From Candidatus Peribacteria bacterium (GTDB taxonomy: Bacteria > Patescibacteriota > Gracilibacteria > Peribacterales > Peribacteraceae), in contig JBEPVF010000004.1 in assembly GCA_041691135.1 (NCBI GenBank), forward strand, positions 1-64,000: a DNA stretch of 64,000 nt, in the 5' to 3' direction. Shown one piece after another: positions 10,374 through 20,326 of this stretch. The notes below the pieces were generated by a model. That model worked only from the letters and a program-made list of their open reading frames with translations, did not search any database and was not told the DNA's origin. How positions within the stretch are numbered: the first letter of the stretch is position 1; each line of letters begins with the position of its first letter. Position numbers and translations under genes: made by a program.

Positions 10374-11606
10374 GTGAAAATCCTCCTTCTTAACGACGAT
10401 TACCCACCCGAAGGCCAAGGCGGCGGCGCATCAATCACCGCGTCATTGGCACAGGGCTACCACGCTGCTGGTCACGACGTGATCGTTCTGACCACTCACC
10501 GTCACGCTCAAGACACCGATTCGATGGAGAACGGCATCCGGGTCATCCGACTCGCATTGTCGTACCCGCAACGATACCGGGCATACATGAGCCTGTGGAA
10601 CAGGGCAGCAAGCCGCAAAGTGCGACACGCTCTGGCTTCGATCGGTCCCGTTGATGCCGTTCATGCGCACAACGTCCATACCTTCCTGACCTATCACTCT
10701 CTTTGGCTGGCAAAACGATCGGCAAAAAAAGTGATCCTCACCTTCCACGACGTGATGAGCGTGAGCTATGGGCGCCTGACGACATCACGCTATTTGCAGA
10801 GCAAACCGCCTGACTTTAACTATCAGATCACTCTCCGCGACGAATGGGAGCAAGCCGGCATCACTTGGAATCCCCTGCGCAATCGCCTTATCCGTCGTGC
10901 ATTGGGTTTTGCTGATGTTTGTGTCGCTGTCAGCCAGGCACTGGCCGACGCGCTGTCCGCCAATGGCATTCCTATCGACAAAGTGATCCACAATGGCATC
11001 GATCCGCATGTCAAAATTGATGCGGCGCACGCCGGTGTCCTGCGCACACGATGGAATATTTCTGCGAATGACCGAGTCATCTTTTTCGGCGGCCGGCTGA
11101 GCGGAGACAAAGGGATTGCCCAGCTCTACTCCGCATATACGCGTATTCGATCATCCGCGCCGGCAAAGATCCTGATCGTCGGCGACGAAACAAAGGCCAA
11201 GCGTCTGCTCGATCAGACAGTGACCGATCCAACGATGCGCAACGACTTCGTGGTAACCGGCTGGCTGGGCCGCGATGATCTGATGGCCGCCCTATCGCTG
11301 AGTGATGTGTGCGTAACGCCCTCCGTCTGCTTTGATTCTTTTCCGACCGTGAATCTGGAAGCAATGGCACTGGGCAAACCGGTCATCGCCACTTGGTTCG
11401 GCGGCTCATCGGAACTGGTACAGGATGGAAAGACCGGCTACATCGTGAATCCGTTCGCAATCGAGGAGTTTGCCAGTCGCCTCAACACGATTCTGACGGA
11501 TCAAGCGCTGCGCACACAGATGGGCGACGCCGGACAGAAACGCATTGAGCACGATTTCACATTGAAGAAACAGGTGCAGAGTTACATCGACCTCTTCCAA
11601 TCGTAA
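10374..11606 (+). CDS. Glycosyltransferase family 4
   Basis: MKILLLNDDYPPEGQGG start and the GT-B motif DSFPTVNLEAMALGKPVI. Confidence 0.9.
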   Translation: MKILLLNDDYPPEGQGGGASITASLAQGYHAAGHDVIVLTTHRHAQDTDSMENGIRVIRLALSYPQRYRAYMSLWNRAASRKVRHALASIGPVDAVHAHNVHTFLTYHSLWLAKRSAKKVILTFHDVMSVSYGRLTTSRYLQSKPPDFNYQITLRDEWEQAGITWNPLRNRLIRRALGFADVCVAVSQALADALSANGIPIDKVIHNGIDPHVKIDAAHAGVLRTRWNISANDRVIFFGGRLSGDKGIAQLYSAYTRIRSSAPAKILIVGDETKAKRLLDQTVTDPTMRNDFVVTGWLGRDDLMAALSLSDVCVTPSVCFDSFPTVNLEAMALGKPVIATWFGGSSELVQDGKTGYIVNPFAIEEFASRLNTILTDQALRTQMGDAGQKRIEHDFTLKKQVQSYIDLFQS

Positions 11607-11607
11607 C

Positions 11608-14022
11608 TCACAGCAGCCATCGATCAGTGCCGCTCAGTAGAAGTGATGCGCTGTCTTCGAGCAACGCACCGTATGTCAGCTGATACGAGACAACATGATT
11701 GCCGGCCGGCACGGGAACGCCGACGAACAATGCATTTGCAATGGCGGTCTTGACCGGCACACCGTCGATCAGCGTGCGCCAACCGGGAAGACGCGGGCGG
11801 CTCAATACCAACCAACCGTCTGACTGTGAGGAGGTGTTGACCCGAAGTTCCAGCGCTTCATCGCGGACGACAGTGGCGCGGATTGCCGCCGGCTTAAAAG
11901 TGCAAGCAGCGCACTCAAGTATCGACAATGTGGAGTCATGGAGTTTTTCCATCCCCTGCACCGCCCGATTCTCGTCAGGAGCAAAGACGACTGCTTTTTC
12001 CGGCGCGTACGCCAAAGACCGCACGCCCGGCACTTCGTATATGTACACCGTCGGCAGACCATTGAACGACGTTGCTCCGCGCTGACTAAAAGGAGCTGGC
12101 AACTGCCAGGCGCTCACCATATAGCGAATGTTGAGCGCGGCGAGCAAAACAGACCGGTCGGCCAATGTCTGCAGTCGATCGGGAAGCGACTGTTTGGAAG
12201 AAGACAAGCGCTCCTGATCAGAAGCGACTGCTGTATCACTGCCGATGTACGCGAGCAAACGACCCATCCGCCGTGGCTGCATCGGCTGATAGAAATCGAT
12301 GCTGCGCACCGAAACAAGTGCATGTGCGTCGGGTAACAGCAGCTCCAGCTGATACGCCATATGTGCATCGGAACCAGGTGGCAAATTCTCCCGCTGCAGA
12401 AAATCAGCCAGCCCGGGCATCACCGGCATCACGTAGGATTTGTCGACATTGGCCATAAACGGCTGCTCCCGTACCGCTTGCAGGGTCGATAAACGTGCGT
12501 AGGGGTAGTGAAAAAATAATCCCCACACAGCTGAGCAAATCAGCAAACAGACGAGCGGCAGCTTGGTGCGAGACGTCCACGACGATCGGCGTACGAGCAG
12601 GATGCCCGTAACGAGAAGCAAGACAAGCGGCAGAAGGAACTGCGGCGATAACAGGGAAAATGACCGCACGGTGTCGCTCCACAGCTGCGCGAGATACGCG
12701 TGGTAATGCGCCAGGGGCAACCCCGACGACAGCTTGTACAGATGCGTATCGAAGTACCGCTGCATTGCCACGACGACGGTCTGACCGGCAAAGAACTGCA
12801 CGCTCATCAGAACAACGCTCAGGCAGGCTGCGATAGCGCCGATGACACAGAGAGCGATACCCACAATTCGTGCACGCAAATGGCTCTTCTTGTTCCGACC
12901 CCATTGATCAAACACATGGGCAATCACCACTGCCGCACACGCATTCCCCAAGAACAGGAATCGCACCGGACCCCGCAGAAAATGCATAAGCGGCAAATGA
13001 TACAGAACCCAATACAGCGGCGAGTATGGCAGAGCAACAAGACAGGTAAGCAGCCAGCCCCACAGTACCGGCCGCATTGACCGTTCATACGTAAAGAGGC
13101 CGACCAGTAACAGAGCAACACCGGCGATGCCGTAGAGGAGTCCCGTGTCGCCCGGCTGGGTTAAGAACGGAACATGCAGAAACGGAAAGAACAAAGCCGA
13201 CAGCGAGGAAAGTGACAATGAATCAGCCGTTGCCGCTGCAAGGGACAAACCGCTTCCGCGTTCCGAGAGCGTGACATAGGCCAGGGCCGGCAGCATTTTG
13301 ACCAGACTAAGAACAGTGCCGATCCCTACACCGACGATCAGTGATGCAAGCGAGGCATAGCGTTTTTTGGAAGCCTCAGACGAACGGACACAGGTGTACA
13401 CGCAAAAGATCAGTTCGCCGAGCAGACAGATCACCACGTAATTGAAGTGCGTGGCAAACCACTGATGCAATGTGACGGCTGCTATTCCCAGAGCAGCAAG
13501 AACCGGCCGACGTGGTGCGATATCGATGAGCAGCAATGCCAACGCAAAGGTGAGCAGCGTGTAGGCGCCTGTGTATTCCCCCAGTCCCGCCCAAAAAGAA
13601 CAGGTGTAGATCAGTCCGCCGATAAACGCAGCCGTACGCGAAAAACCATGGCGGACGAGCAGCAATGAAAAGAAGAACGATCCGCCAACATACGAGATGT
13701 AACCGATCCACGCGAGCGTGCGGAACTCATCGAAGAATAAACGGAGAATATGCGTCAGCGGATCGAGTGTTCCATAGGTGACGAGCCACGGATAACCGCG
13801 CCCCACATACGGATCTGCCAGCAGTGATGACAGCGAAAACGGATGCAACGCACGCAGGGCAGGATAATCGAAACCGATGCTGTCTCCGGCGGCAATGATC
13901 CGCAAACCTAAGATCAAAGGCAGATACAGCGGTAGAAAGATGAGTGCATAGTAAACGACCGTCTGCACAGGCAACGGCACACGCGCATTCCACTGCCGAT
14001 ACAGCGCAGTAAAGGACTTCAC
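11608..14022 (-). CDS. YfhO-like large membrane glycosyltransferase (GT-C)
   Basis: Many TM helices plus the C-terminal PGWRTLIDG...ANALFVGVPVPAGNHVV signature of YfhO proteins; GTG start 6 nt after TATTCT. Confidence 0.75.
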   Translation of the reverse strand: MKSFTALYRQWNARVPLPVQTVVYYALIFLPLYLPLILGLRIIAAGDSIGFDYPALRALHPFSLSSLLADPYVGRGYPWLVTYGTLDPLTHILRLFFDEFRTLAWIGYISYVGGSFFFSLLLVRHGFSRTAAFIGGLIYTCSFWAGLGEYTGAYTLLTFALALLLIDIAPRRPVLAALGIAAVTLHQWFATHFNYVVICLLGELIFCVYTCVRSSEASKKRYASLASLIVGVGIGTVLSLVKMLPALAYVTLSERGSGLSLAAATADSLSLSSLSALFFPFLHVPFLTQPGDTGLLYGIAGVALLLVGLFTYERSMRPVLWGWLLTCLVALPYSPLYWVLYHLPLMHFLRGPVRFLFLGNACAAVVIAHVFDQWGRNKKSHLRARIVGIALCVIGAIAACLSVVLMSVQFFAGQTVVVAMQRYFDTHLYKLSSGLPLAHYHAYLAQLWSDTVRSFSLLSPQFLLPLVLLLVTGILLVRRSSWTSRTKLPLVCLLICSAVWGLFFHYPYARLSTLQAVREQPFMANVDKSYVMPVMPGLADFLQRENLPPGSDAHMAYQLELLLPDAHALVSVRSIDFYQPMQPRRMGRLLAYIGSDTAVASDQERLSSSKQSLPDRLQTLADRSVLLAALNIRYMVSAWQLPAPFSQRGATSFNGLPTVYIYEVPGVRSLAYAPEKAVVFAPDENRAVQGMEKLHDSTLSILECAACTFKPAAIRATVVRDEALELRVNTSSQSDGWLVLSRPRLPGWRTLIDGVPVKTAIANALFVGVPVPAGNHVVSYQLTYGALLEDSASLLLSGTDRWLL

Positions 14023-14040
14023 GGCCAAAGAATAAGGAGG

Positions 14041-14071
14041 AAATACGAAATTCGAAACTCGAAATTCAAAT
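14041..14071. repeat. Heptamer tandem array (AAATACG AAATTCG AAACTCG AAATTCA)
   Basis: Four degenerate 7-mers just upstream of the YfhO-like promoter; same unit as at 9167. Confidence 0.65.
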
Positions 14072-14088
14072 CCTTCTGCCCTGACAGT

Positions 14089-14562
14089 TCAGATGTGACA
14101 CGAATCCAACCCGCGTTTTCTTAAGTACTGCTGATGATAGTCCTCGGCCGGATAGAATGTTCCCGCTTCTACAACCTCGGTAACAATCGGCCGCGCAAAG
14201 CGATGAGACTGCTCTATCGCTTCCTTCGACGCTTCGGCAGCCTTCTTCTGTTCATCCGAGTAGTAAAAAATAACCGATCGGTACTGCGATCCGATATCCG
14301 GCCCCTGCCGATTGCGGGTAGTGGGATCGTGGTTGTCCCAAAAAATCTTGAGCAGTTCATCATACGATACCTGCGACGGATCATAGGTCACTTCCACGGC
14401 TTCGGCATGACCGGTCGTATCGGTACATACATCTTCATATTTAGGATTCTCCATGCGTCCTCCGGTATATCCCACCCGGGTCAACACTACGCCTTTGGTC
14501 CGTAAAAACGTCTCTTCCACCCCCCAGAAGCAGCCGGCAGCAAACGTCGCTTTCTGTTCCAT
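14089..14562 (-). CDS. msrA: Peptide-methionine (S)-S-oxide reductase
   Basis: GCFWG active-site motif, plus TGHAE and AEDYHQQY. Confidence 0.97.
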   Translation of the reverse strand: MEQKATFAAGCFWGVEETFLRTKGVVLTRVGYTGGRMENPKYEDVCTDTTGHAEAVEVTYDPSQVSYDELLKIFWDNHDPTTRNRQGPDIGSQYRSVIFYYSDEQKKAAEASKEAIEQSHRFARPIVTEVVEAGTFYPAEDYHQQYLRKRGLDSCHI

Positions 14563-14666
14563 AGGGCCACAGTATAGCAATGAATGAAGAGAAGAGCCTA
14601 GAGATGAGCACGAGAAAACAGGGACTTTCGATATATGCCCCCTCGCTTCTCTCGTATAGTTGCAGT

Positions 14667-15149
14667 ATGCGTCGCCCGTCCGAGAGAACTATTTTTCGCC
14701 TCTTCGAAATCGGTCTGATCATCAAGGCGATCGACGGTGCCCTCGAAACGCTCGGCGGCATCCTGCTCGTCACTCTTCCTGTTCATACCCTCAATCGCCT
14801 GGTCAGGTTTCTCACGCTGCATGAGCTGGTACATGACCCCCACGACTTCATCGCCACACACCTGGTGCAAATAACGGAGACGCTGACAACAAATGCCAAG
14901 CTGGTCGCCGCTTTCTATCTGCTGATCCATGGTCTGGTGAAAATTTTACTGGTCGTGAATTTGCTGCGTAACAAACTATGGGCGTACCCGGTCGCCATGG
15001 CCGTCCTGAGTACGTTCATCCTCTACCAGTTGTACCGCTTCACGCATCACCACGCCTGGTGGCTGTTAGTACTCAGCCTGTTCGACTTGATAATTGTGGT
15101 ACTGACATGGCATGAATATCAACTGCGCAAAAAAGCCAACGCACGATGA
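14667..15149 (+). CDS. DUF2127-like membrane protein
   Basis: KAIDGALE...HELVHDPHD...HGLVKI...WAYP pattern with 4 TM helices; TATAGT, 6 nt, ATG. Confidence 0.75.
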   Translation: MRRPSERTIFRLFEIGLIIKAIDGALETLGGILLVTLPVHTLNRLVRFLTLHELVHDPHDFIATHLVQITETLTTNAKLVAAFYLLIHGLVKILLVVNLLRNKLWAYPVAMAVLSTFILYQLYRFTHHHAWWLLVLSLFDLIIVVLTWHEYQLRKKANAR

Positions 15150-15195
15150 ATCGATTTGTTGCAGTGACTGCGCAGAAAGCGACAGCGCCATACTG
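15144..15195 (+). repeat. Dispersed repeat family 2, copy 2 (overlaps the DUF2127 stop codon)
   Basis: CGATGAAT-N22-AGAAAGCGACAGCGCCATACTG. Confidence 0.65.
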
Positions 15196-15220
15196 AAGAA
15201 GTCCGGAAAAGCCCATGCTG

Positions 15221-16294
15221 CTATCCAAGCAAAATTCCCACGATCCTCTCGCCTGTTTTTCCATCCCACAGCGGCGGAATCTGTCCGACCGGATGGCTGT
15301 CACGAACGGCAAATTCAGCAATCACCTCCCGGCCATCTTCACTCGACAAATCCACCAGTTCATTCGATCCGATTTCGATGGTCACCGGCCGTTCGGTATT
15401 CGGCCGCGCCGTAAAACATTTCTTCTGCAAGTAGGTGGTCTCTTCCTGAATGCCGCCCGAATCGGTGAGGACGAAATGGGCACCCTGCACCAAGCGAAGG
15501 AACGACAGATAGGGCAACGGATCAATGCACTGCACGCGTGACGTGAGTGACGCAAGCAGGCCGAACTGTTCCAAACGGGCCTGTGTACGACGATGGAGGG
15601 GGAACACGAGTGGAATCGTCTCATTCAATGACAGCAGATAATTCACGATGGAGTGCAGCGCTGATTCATCATCCACGTTGCTCGGCCGGTGAAGCGTCAC
15701 CACAGCGTACTTTTCGGGCATCTTGATGGGCATGGGCAACGTCTCAATGACCGGCAACATCCGAACGAGCGTGTCGATCATCGTATTGCCGACCAGAAAC
15801 GGCTTCCCCGTTAGTTTCTCCTTCGCAATATTGTCCAACCCCGACTGCTCCGTCACAAACAGCAGCTGAGACAACTTGTCGATTGCCATACGGTTATGTT
15901 CCTCTGGCATCGCCAGATCGAACGACCGCAAACCTGCTTCGACATGCGCCAAGGGAATGCCTGCCGCTTGTGCCGCGCGTGCTGCGGCCGCCGCTCCATT
16001 CACGTCGCCGTAAACCAGAATGATATTCGGTTTTTCCGAGGCGAACACCGAGGCACATGCCTCTTCGACTCTTTTCTGCTGCTCCTCATTGGAACCGCCA
16101 TGAATACCCAAATTTATAGTCGGCAACGGAATCTCCAACTGCGTAAAAAATACGTCCGAAAAGAGTGCATCATGATGCTGTCCGGTATGCACAATGATAT
16201 GGTCACCGTCGAGTTTACGATCAGCTAAGGCATGGTGCACCGCCGCCAATTTGACGAAGTTGGGTCGCGCTGAGCAGACGGAGAGAATCTTCAT
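15221..16294 (-). CDS. wecB: UDP-N-acetylglucosamine 2-epimerase (non-hydrolysing)
   Basis: ARPNFVK, HTGQH, HVEAGLRS, TDSGGIQEE and TERP motifs. Confidence 0.93.
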   Translation of the reverse strand: MKILSVCSARPNFVKLAAVHHALADRKLDGDHIIVHTGQHHDALFSDVFFTQLEIPLPTINLGIHGGSNEEQQKRVEEACASVFASEKPNIILVYGDVNGAAAAARAAQAAGIPLAHVEAGLRSFDLAMPEEHNRMAIDKLSQLLFVTEQSGLDNIAKEKLTGKPFLVGNTMIDTLVRMLPVIETLPMPIKMPEKYAVVTLHRPSNVDDESALHSIVNYLLSLNETIPLVFPLHRRTQARLEQFGLLASLTSRVQCIDPLPYLSFLRLVQGAHFVLTDSGGIQEETTYLQKKCFTARPNTERPVTIEIGSNELVDLSSEDGREVIAEFAVRDSHPVGQIPPLWDGKTGERIVGILLG

Positions 16295-17436
16295 GAGACA
16301 GAGAGGATACGTTGCATGCGTTTGGTCCACGTGTGATCTTTGACACGATCATAGGCACGATCAGCCATGCGTTGCATGTCATCCGGGTGCGCCAGTGCAT
16401 ACGCGATCTGATTCTGCAGATGCCGCACGTCTCCCGGCTGATACAGCAGTGCGACGGTCTCGTCGAGAATATCACGGATCGGCGGAATGGCGGCGGCAAT
16501 GATGGGCCGCCTGGCTGCCATGTATTCGAACACTTTCAGCGGCGACGTATCGCGCCGAAAGTACACTGCATCGCTCGTCGGAGCCGGATAGACCAGAATG
16601 TCGCTCGCCGCATACACGCTTTTGACGTCTTCGCGAGAAACAGGACCGAGTACTTCCACCCGCTTCTCGCCACCATGCACCGCCACAAGTCCTCTGAGGG
16701 CATGTGCTGCTTCCGGTGGACCGCCGGCAATGAGTGCGCGCACCGATGCATCCAGCGACAATACGGCTTCCACGATCTGATCCACGCCTTTGGACAGGCC
16801 CATCGTCGCCAGCGAACCAGCATAGCCAATCACCGAGCTGTCTGCCGGAATATTCCACTGCTCACGAACCGCCGCAGGCAACGGCAAATTCTCGAAGGCA
16901 GCTACGTCCACCGCATCGCCTTCGACCGTAAGCTTGTTCTGCTGTACGCCCCATCGCTGCAATTCGTCTTTCATCGGCGTCGTCAGACAGATAACCCGCA
17001 CACACTGATTACATTGCTGCACGAACCGGCGCCGACCGAGTCGTGGTAACGTGTGCAGCTCAATCATTACCGGTTGTCCCGACGAGAGCAACGTGCCGAG
17101 CAGCGCCGGTGTGCGCGTGTAGAGCAGTTCGTATTTGTGCATCCGGAGGTATTCATGCAGCTGACGGCGAAAACTCCGCGTATGCAGATGAAGTCCGAGT
17201 AACCCCGGCGTCCACCGGCTGGCAATTCCATCGAACGCACGCAACTGATGAAGTGCAATCTTCCGATCGGCACCGTAGTACGACCAGAAATCCTCCGTGA
17301 TCGGATTTACCCGCTCCGGTACCAGTACCTCTATCTCATGCCCCAGTTTGAGAAGCGCCTGACACACCGCCGCGACCTGATGCCCATAGGCCCGTTCGCT
17401 GGGCAACCGAAGTGCAGCACAATAAGCGATATGCAT
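16291..17436 (-). CDS. Glycosyltransferase family 4
   Basis: TSPLKVFEYMAARRPII motif; TACACT, 6 nt, ATG. Confidence 0.9.
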   Translation of the reverse strand: MHIAYCAALRLPSERAYGHQVAAVCQALLKLGHEIEVLVPERVNPITEDFWSYYGADRKIALHQLRAFDGIASRWTPGLLGLHLHTRSFRRQLHEYLRMHKYELLYTRTPALLGTLLSSGQPVMIELHTLPRLGRRRFVQQCNQCVRVICLTTPMKDELQRWGVQQNKLTVEGDAVDVAAFENLPLPAAVREQWNIPADSSVIGYAGSLATMGLSKGVDQIVEAVLSLDASVRALIAGGPPEAAHALRGLVAVHGGEKRVEVLGPVSREDVKSVYAASDILVYPAPTSDAVYFRRDTSPLKVFEYMAARRPIIAAAIPPIRDILDETVALLYQPGDVRHLQNQIAYALAHPDDMQRMADRAYDRVKDHTWTKRMQRILSVS

Positions 17437-17449
17437 GGAAGAAGTGTAG

Positions 17450-17532
17450 CTGAGGAAACCGAAGAAACCGACGATTACCACAGCGACTCTTTAGACATCC
17501 CTCCTCGGTTTCTTCGGTTTCCTTGGTTTCCT
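17450..17532. repeat. Two inverted nonamer arrays (CCGAAGAAA type) between divergent promoters
   Basis: CTGAGGAAA CCGAAGAAA CCGACGATT ... CCTCGGTTT CTTCGGTTT CCTTGGTTT, including a 19-bp perfect inverted repeat AGGAAACCGAAGAAACCGA. Confidence 0.75.
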
Positions 17533-17556
17533 CCCTTTTTTTGCTACTCTCCCTCC

Positions 17557-18570
17557 ATGTCAGGAACTGTAACGATTGGCATCGTAGGCCTCGGCTATTG
17601 GGGTCCGAATTTGCTGCGCAATTTCGCCAAGACTGATGGTATTTGCGTGAAATACGCCTGTGATTTATCGGAGGCTGCGCGTCAGAAGTACGCGGCAATG
17701 TATCCGTCTGTGACTTTTACTCCCGATTTTGATGCCGTTTTGAATGACAGCGAAGTGGACGCAATTGTGATCGCCACGCCAGTAACCACACATTTCCCAC
17801 TCGCCAAGAAGGCATTGGAGGCAGGCAAACATGTGCTGGTCGAAAAACCGCTCACTGCCAAGCACCACGAAGCATTGGAGCTTGTGGCGCTCGCGAAAAA
17901 ACAGAAAAAAATCCTGATGGTGGATCATACTTTCGTCTACGAAGACGCTGTCCAAAAAATCAGGCAGTACGTGAGTGACGGCACGCTCGGCAAACTCCTC
18001 TACTTCGATTCGACGCGCATCAATTTGGGACTGATCCAATCCGATACGAATGTGTTTTGGGATTTGGCTGTCCACGATCTGTCGATTCTGAGCAGCCTAC
18101 GTTCGCTTGCCGATGTCCGCGAAGTGCGTGCCTACGGCCGAAAGTTCCACACCAAGCAGGAAGAGATGGGCTACCTGCACCTGACGTTTGATGATGGCTT
18201 CATGGCTCACATTCACGTGAGCTGGCTGTCACCGGTCAAAATCCGTCAGACATTGATCGGCGGAACTGACAAGATGATCGTCTACAACGACAACGAGCCA
18301 TCCGAAAAAATCCGCCTGTACGACAAAGGCGTCCAGGTGAAGAAAGAAGAACAAACGTTTGCCCTGCCGCTGTATCGCAGCGGCGATGTGCTGATCCCAC
18401 AACTGCGCGCCACCGAGCCCCTGGCAGAGCTCGCCGCCCATTTCCGCGATTGCATTCAAGGCAAAGAGAAGCCGCGCACGTCGGGAGCACAAGGCGCTGA
18501 AGTCGTTGAAATTCTGGAACTCGCGATGCAGTCGTTGCAATCAGACAAAGCTGTTCCCCGCGATGCATGA
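17557..18570 (+). CDS. Gfo/Idh/MocA family oxidoreductase (NDP-sugar dehydrogenase)
   Basis: GLGYWG Rossmann motif, VEKP and DLAVHD; TACTCT, 6 nt, ATG. Confidence 0.9.
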   Translation: MSGTVTIGIVGLGYWGPNLLRNFAKTDGICVKYACDLSEAARQKYAAMYPSVTFTPDFDAVLNDSEVDAIVIATPVTTHFPLAKKALEAGKHVLVEKPLTAKHHEALELVALAKKQKKILMVDHTFVYEDAVQKIRQYVSDGTLGKLLYFDSTRINLGLIQSDTNVFWDLAVHDLSILSSLRSLADVREVRAYGRKFHTKQEEMGYLHLTFDDGFMAHIHVSWLSPVKIRQTLIGGTDKMIVYNDNEPSEKIRLYDKGVQVKKEEQTFALPLYRSGDVLIPQLRATEPLAELAAHFRDCIQGKEKPRTSGAQGAEVVEILELAMQSLQSDKAVPRDA

Positions 18571-19670
18571 GCGTCCCGTTCGTCGATTTGAAGGGTCAAT
18601 ATCAATCGCTGAAGAGCGAAATCGATCCGGCAATTGCAGACGTGATCACCAATGCGCAGTTCATTCTGGGACCGGCAGTGGAACGGTTCGAAAAGAATTT
18701 CGCCGTCTACTGTGGTACAAAATTTTCGGTGGGACTGAACTCCGGTACAGCCGCACTGGAACTTTTACTCCGTGCCTATGGCATCGGCCCGGACGACGAA
18801 TGCATTCTGCCGGCCAACACTTTTTTCGCTACGGCCGAAGCTATGCTTTTATTGGGAGCGATACCTGTGCTCGTCGACTGCGAGGAGGAATCAGGATTGA
18901 TCGACGTAAAGGCCATTGAGCAAGCGATCACGCCAAAGACGAAAGCCATCATTCCCGTGCATTTATTCGGCCAGCCAGCCGATATGGACGAGATTTTGGC
19001 TCTGGGCAAAGCAAAGAATATTCTGGTGATCGAAGACGCCTGCCAAGCGCATGGCGCAAAATATAAAGGAAAAATGATCGGCAGCCTGGCGGCCGGCGCG
19101 GCCTTCAGTTTCTATCCCGGCAAAAACCTGGGTGCGTATGGCGATGCCGGTGGCATCACAACTGACGATGAACGGATCATGACGACCGTAAAAATGCTCC
19201 GCGATCACGGCATGGCCAAACGGTATCATCACGAAATTCTGGGCTACAACGAACGCATGGATGGTGTGCAGGGAGCTGTACTTGATGTAAAACTTTCTCA
19301 CCTCGACCAGTGGAACGAAGCGCGTCGGAAGAGCGCAAAACAATATCGAGAACAATTAAGCGGTATCGGAGACATTCGTTTCATCACCGAGAAACCCGAC
19401 CGCACTGCCATCTATCACCTCTTCGTCATCCGCACCGCCAAGCGCGATGCGCTACAGGCGCACCTGACCGAACGGGGCATCCAGACTGGCATTCATTACC
19501 CCATTCCGCTGCACCTGCAAAAGCCTCTGCAGCATTTGGGGCACAAAGAAGGATTCTTCCCAGCTTCCGAAAAACTGGCAAACGAAATGCTGTCGCTACC
19601 GATGTTTGAAGACCTGACCGAGCAACAAATTGATGAAGTGTGCGGGGCCGCAAAGGAGTTCTTTGCTTAG
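18567..19670 (+). CDS. DegT/DnrJ/EryC1/StrS PLP-dependent sugar aminotransferase
   Basis: EDACQAHG and SFYPGKNLGAYGDAG (PLP lysine). Confidence 0.95.
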   Translation: MSVPFVDLKGQYQSLKSEIDPAIADVITNAQFILGPAVERFEKNFAVYCGTKFSVGLNSGTAALELLLRAYGIGPDDECILPANTFFATAEAMLLLGAIPVLVDCEEESGLIDVKAIEQAITPKTKAIIPVHLFGQPADMDEILALGKAKNILVIEDACQAHGAKYKGKMIGSLAAGAAFSFYPGKNLGAYGDAGGITTDDERIMTTVKMLRDHGMAKRYHHEILGYNERMDGVQGAVLDVKLSHLDQWNEARRKSAKQYREQLSGIGDIRFITEKPDRTAIYHLFVIRTAKRDALQAHLTERGIQTGIHYPIPLHLQKPLQHLGHKEGFFPASEKLANEMLSLPMFEDLTEQQIDEVCGAAKEFFA

Positions 19671-19714
19671 AACAAGAACTCAGATAGATCGCCTATAAGT
19701 GTCAGGAGAATTTT

Positions 19715-19768
19715 CAGTAGGGCGCTGCCGCTTTCTACAGAGTTACCGCGAAGAAGCATATTCATCGC
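19715..19768 (-). repeat. Dispersed repeat family 2, copy 3
   Basis: Reverse complement reads GCGATGAATATG...AGAAAGCGGCAGCGCCCTACTG. Confidence 0.7.
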
Positions 19769-19782
19769 GCGCGGTTGCAGTA

Positions 19783-19840
19783 CCCCATCCGCCCTCTGGG
19801 GCACCTTCCCCGGCCCCCCCACACGCCGACACGGGGAAGG
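19783..19840 (+). repeat. CIR/RIME-like palindromic intergenic element
   Basis: CCCCATCCGCCCTCTGGGGCACCTTCCCCG...CGGGGAAGG resembles the CCCCTCATCCGCCCTTCGGGCACCTTCTCCC-type repeats (recalled, not searched); stem CCTTCCCCG/CGGGGAAGG. Confidence 0.55.
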
Positions 19841-19850
19841 ACAAACAAGC

Positions 19851-20090
19851 TCACTACACCCAGGCGGCTGCAGCCGCCTAACCTCTTCACCTGCTCGCTA
19901 TTCCAGACAATGACCCCCTCCGCCTATGTGGTGGGGATAGGTGGGTACGAACTTCCTTGTCGCAAGCCCACAGGCGCGACAAGGAAGTGAGGTGGGTCAT
20001 AGGCGGTGCGCTTCTTTTTGGTTCTTTTTCTTGTCGCGGGGAGACAAGAAAAAGAACACCAGTGGTGACGGGAAGGTTGGTACTGGGGAA
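19851..20090 (+). repeat. Structured intergenic repeat family 1, copy A (~240 bp)
   Basis: 81 bp (19988-20068) identical to 42521-42601; several hairpins with compensatory changes relative to copy B. Confidence 0.9.
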
Positions 20091-20326
20091 TCACCCGAGC
20101 ATCCGCGGGTAGCAAACCCGCTCCCCTAGAAAAAATTGAGACAAGGAATGATTGAAGGCATAAAACACAGCCGCACCAAGAGATGGCGCTCTACGATACA
20201 AAGGGATCACACAGTCCTATTTCTCGACTCCCTCAGAGCCATCCAATAACCAGACCTCACATTGACGACCATCTACTGGCTTTCTTCAATCACACTCTTA
20301 GAATGACCGCTCACCCCACGACATCT

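Noticed and set aside
19699-20129. Short ORFs in the track over the repeat elements (also 3218-3486 and 42264-42837)
   Set aside because: They are translations of the palindromic repeat; the same peptide fragments (FGSFSCRG, KRTKKKR) recur at each copy.
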